DNA of 63,998 nucleotides, filler included, from Fonticula-like sp. SCN 57-25 (Eukaryota): NCBI GenBank assembly GCA_001724245.1. It is 7 parts of 7 records of this genome, joined end to end, with 100 filler letters (N's around TTAATTAATTAA, not from the genome) between each part and the next. Parts side by side here need not be neighbours in the genome. Positions count along the whole stretch, not along the records: positions 56,199 to 63,998 come from MEDX01000332.1; 6 more parts are not named here. One strand, 5' to 3'. Shown piece by piece: positions 61,974 to 63,998 of this stretch (position 1 is its first letter; each line of letters starts with the position of its first letter). The notes under the pieces were generated by a model. It saw only the letters and a program-made list of their open reading frames with translations, ran no database searches and was not told where the DNA came from. The position numbers and the translations under genes were made by a program.

Positions 61974-62403
61974 ATGTTTATGTCTTTCGATATTTTTTTA
62001 TTTGCTAAAAGTGTTTAAATCAAACGATACTAATAAATATCTGGGCCATTTTGTTGACTTTACTCCATGTTTCTGCAAACCCATAGTTATTTCCAGATCC
62101 ACTCATCAGGCAGTAGTGAGAGTTTGGGGCTGAATCTGGGTTGCCTTTTGTGATAAGACCAATCAACTTTGGCGCTCTTTGACGACGGTACATGTGTCGA
62201 GTAAAGTGCATAAACCCATAATATAAAGCACATTGGCAATATCAAACATCCAACATAATTATCAAGTAAGCCACGGCTCAGCACATGAATGTTTTTCGAT
62301 TCGTTTATTTTGTTGAACTAAAAAGAAATAAAACAATACTTAAAGGCCGTGCTTTCACAATCAATACAAAAGCAAACTCCCTTTTATGGCTGATATGGCC
62401 CGA

Positions 62404-63264
62404 TTAGTGAGTGTGGGCGTGGCCGGACTTGGCCTCGGCAGCGTTGACGGCATCGACGCCGGCCGACGCGTCCGAGACGCACTCAAAGTACTGGCCGCAC
62501 TCGTTGCAGCGCTTGTGCTGGCCGACCGAGATGTTGAACCAGTTGGTGGAGCCGCCCTCCTCGTTGCAGCCTGGGCATCCGGTCAGTACAAGTGAAAAAG
62601 GATCGACACAAAGGGTCGTATAAAAGCGCGTGAAACACAGAAAAGGGGCACAAAACTCAATAAAGAGCATAAAGGCACACACAGGCAGCTTCATAGCCGA
62701 CATTCACAAACACATATTCCCCACATTCCGACATGAAACGTACCGTGGCAGCCGACAATGCGGGTGTCCTCAGCGCTGTAAATGATGTACGGCTTTTCCC
62801 GGGTACCGATGTACTTGATGGGGTTGGCATCAAGCACGAAGCGGCGCTTGCCCTCGAGCGTGGCGATGTACTCCTCACGCTCAACACCGGTGGCCTGCTC
62901 GAGCTGCGAGGGGATCGTGTCGGGCTTGACGCGGAAGCCGTGGTCTGGAGAGGAAAAAAGTCAGAGAAGTTGTTTTTCAAGGCAAAAACACAGCAAAACA
63001 CACAAATAACAGTGTAAAATAAATAGTTGTAATTAAATAGAGAGGCGGGCGCGCGAATATCCCACTGACACGGTTTTCGGTTGCGCGCGGATCCCATGGA
63101 GGAAGAAAAGAAAGGGAACCGCCAAAAAAATTCAAAGACGTACCAACAAAGTGAGCCTGCTCCTCGTGGTGGTGGTCGTCGTGCTTGGCAGCAAACGCAC
63201 GCACGCTGGTGGCGCGCATGGCAGCCACAGTGGGCACCATCCGGTTAGCGATAACGCGCAGCAT
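62404..63264 (-). CDS. COX5B: Cytochrome c oxidase subunit 5B (yeast Cox4), spliced
   Basis: Presequence, EQATGVEREE, GTREKP..RIVGC, WF..RCNECGQYF. Confidence 0.92.
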
Positions 63265-63324
63265 TTTTCCCGACCCGATGGACCGCAAGGGAAAGGTGGA
63301 AAACGAAACGAACTTGCAGGTCGC

Positions 63325-63410
63325 TCCTGATTGGTCTGCCGCGAATCGGGACGACGTTGATTAGTGACGTCACTGTTGTCGTCATCAAGTGCGTCGCTGA
63401 CGTCACAGTT
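63325..63410. promoter_or_regulatory. Bidirectional promoter with CCAAT and two CRE-like (TGACGTCA) sites
   Basis: GATTGG at ~63329, palindrome AGTGACGTCACT at 63363-63374 and a second TGACGTCA at ~63398, between head-to-head genes. Confidence 0.5.
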
Positions 63411-63443
63411 TTGTTGCCGCGCGCGCCTGCCAGACAGCCCGTG

Positions 63444-63998
63444 ATGGAGCAGCAGCCGGCCGTTACCGAGTCGATGGACGTGGTAGAGGACCAGGGAGCC
63501 GAGCTCAACAACCTGGTAATGCGCTATTGTTGATGTTAGAGCTCTGCTCACCGCGTTTCTTTCCTCTTTCCTTGTGGCAGACCGTTGAGGAGCTCGAGGC
63601 GCGCAGCGCTGCCCTCCAGGCCGAGCAGGCCAAGATGGCCGAAATGAACAGCGCACAGAGCGTCGGACTAGAAGCGTCCCACGCGTACTCTGGCGGTATG
63701 CTCTCTTTGTTTGTTGGCGGGCGCTCTCTTGCTGGTTCGAGGCCAACACGCGTGCTTTTCTAGTGAACAAGGAGGAGGCCGACAGCCGCTCGATCTACGT
63801 TGGTAATGTGCGTCGTGGAGTGCTTTGCCGCCATGCAAATGCTCAATTTTGATCCCTTTTTGTTTGAAATTGTGTTCAGGTTGACTACGCCGTCACCGTC
63901 GATCAGCTGCAGGAGCACTTTTCGGCATGCGGCACCATCGCGCGTGTCACCATCCTCTGCGACAAGTTTACGAATCATCCCAAGGGGTACGCCTGATG
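63444..63998 (+). CDS. PABPN1: Nuclear poly(A)-binding protein, 3' truncated, spliced
   Basis: [43 protein letters not shown]. Confidence 0.92.

Overview
The window is not one locus. It is seven eukaryotic contigs joined by artificial 100-nt spacers (N44-TTAATTAATTAA-N44) at 8530, 17127, 25703, 34249, 42723 and 56099. Contigs 1-5 and 7 are GC-rich and very gene-dense, with short spliceosomal introns (GTRCGY donors, CTRAC-like branch points), consistent with a unicellular eukaryote. Contig 6 (42823-56098) is visibly AT-richer and may come from a different organism. Recognisable genes include CSN7, MTMR14, a Piezo N-terminus, ASNSD1, inorganic pyrophosphatase, V-ATPase F, MED12, RBM5/10, an SMP-C2-C2-C1 protein, an Asteroid-type PIN nuclease, RCHY1, PSMA7, RMI2, GOSR2, CAF16, RPL23, RRP15, RRP43, NDUFA5, TRAPPC9, COX5B and PABPN1. 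The standout is an intronless ~1345-aa SAMD9-like antiviral STAND protein (SAM, SIR2-like, degenerate P-loop, TPR, OB) that apparently lacks the AlbA_2 nuclease domain. Also notable are a ChaC fused to a ProB-type PUA domain, a standalone VIP1/PPIP5K kinase domain, a divergent Ran paralogue, a phage-like SLOG-type ORF, a YqaJ nuclease, a TRIM-like RBCC protein and a strongly self-pairing RPL23 intron. All identifications rest on recalled family motifs, not database searches, and boundaries of spliced genes are approximate.
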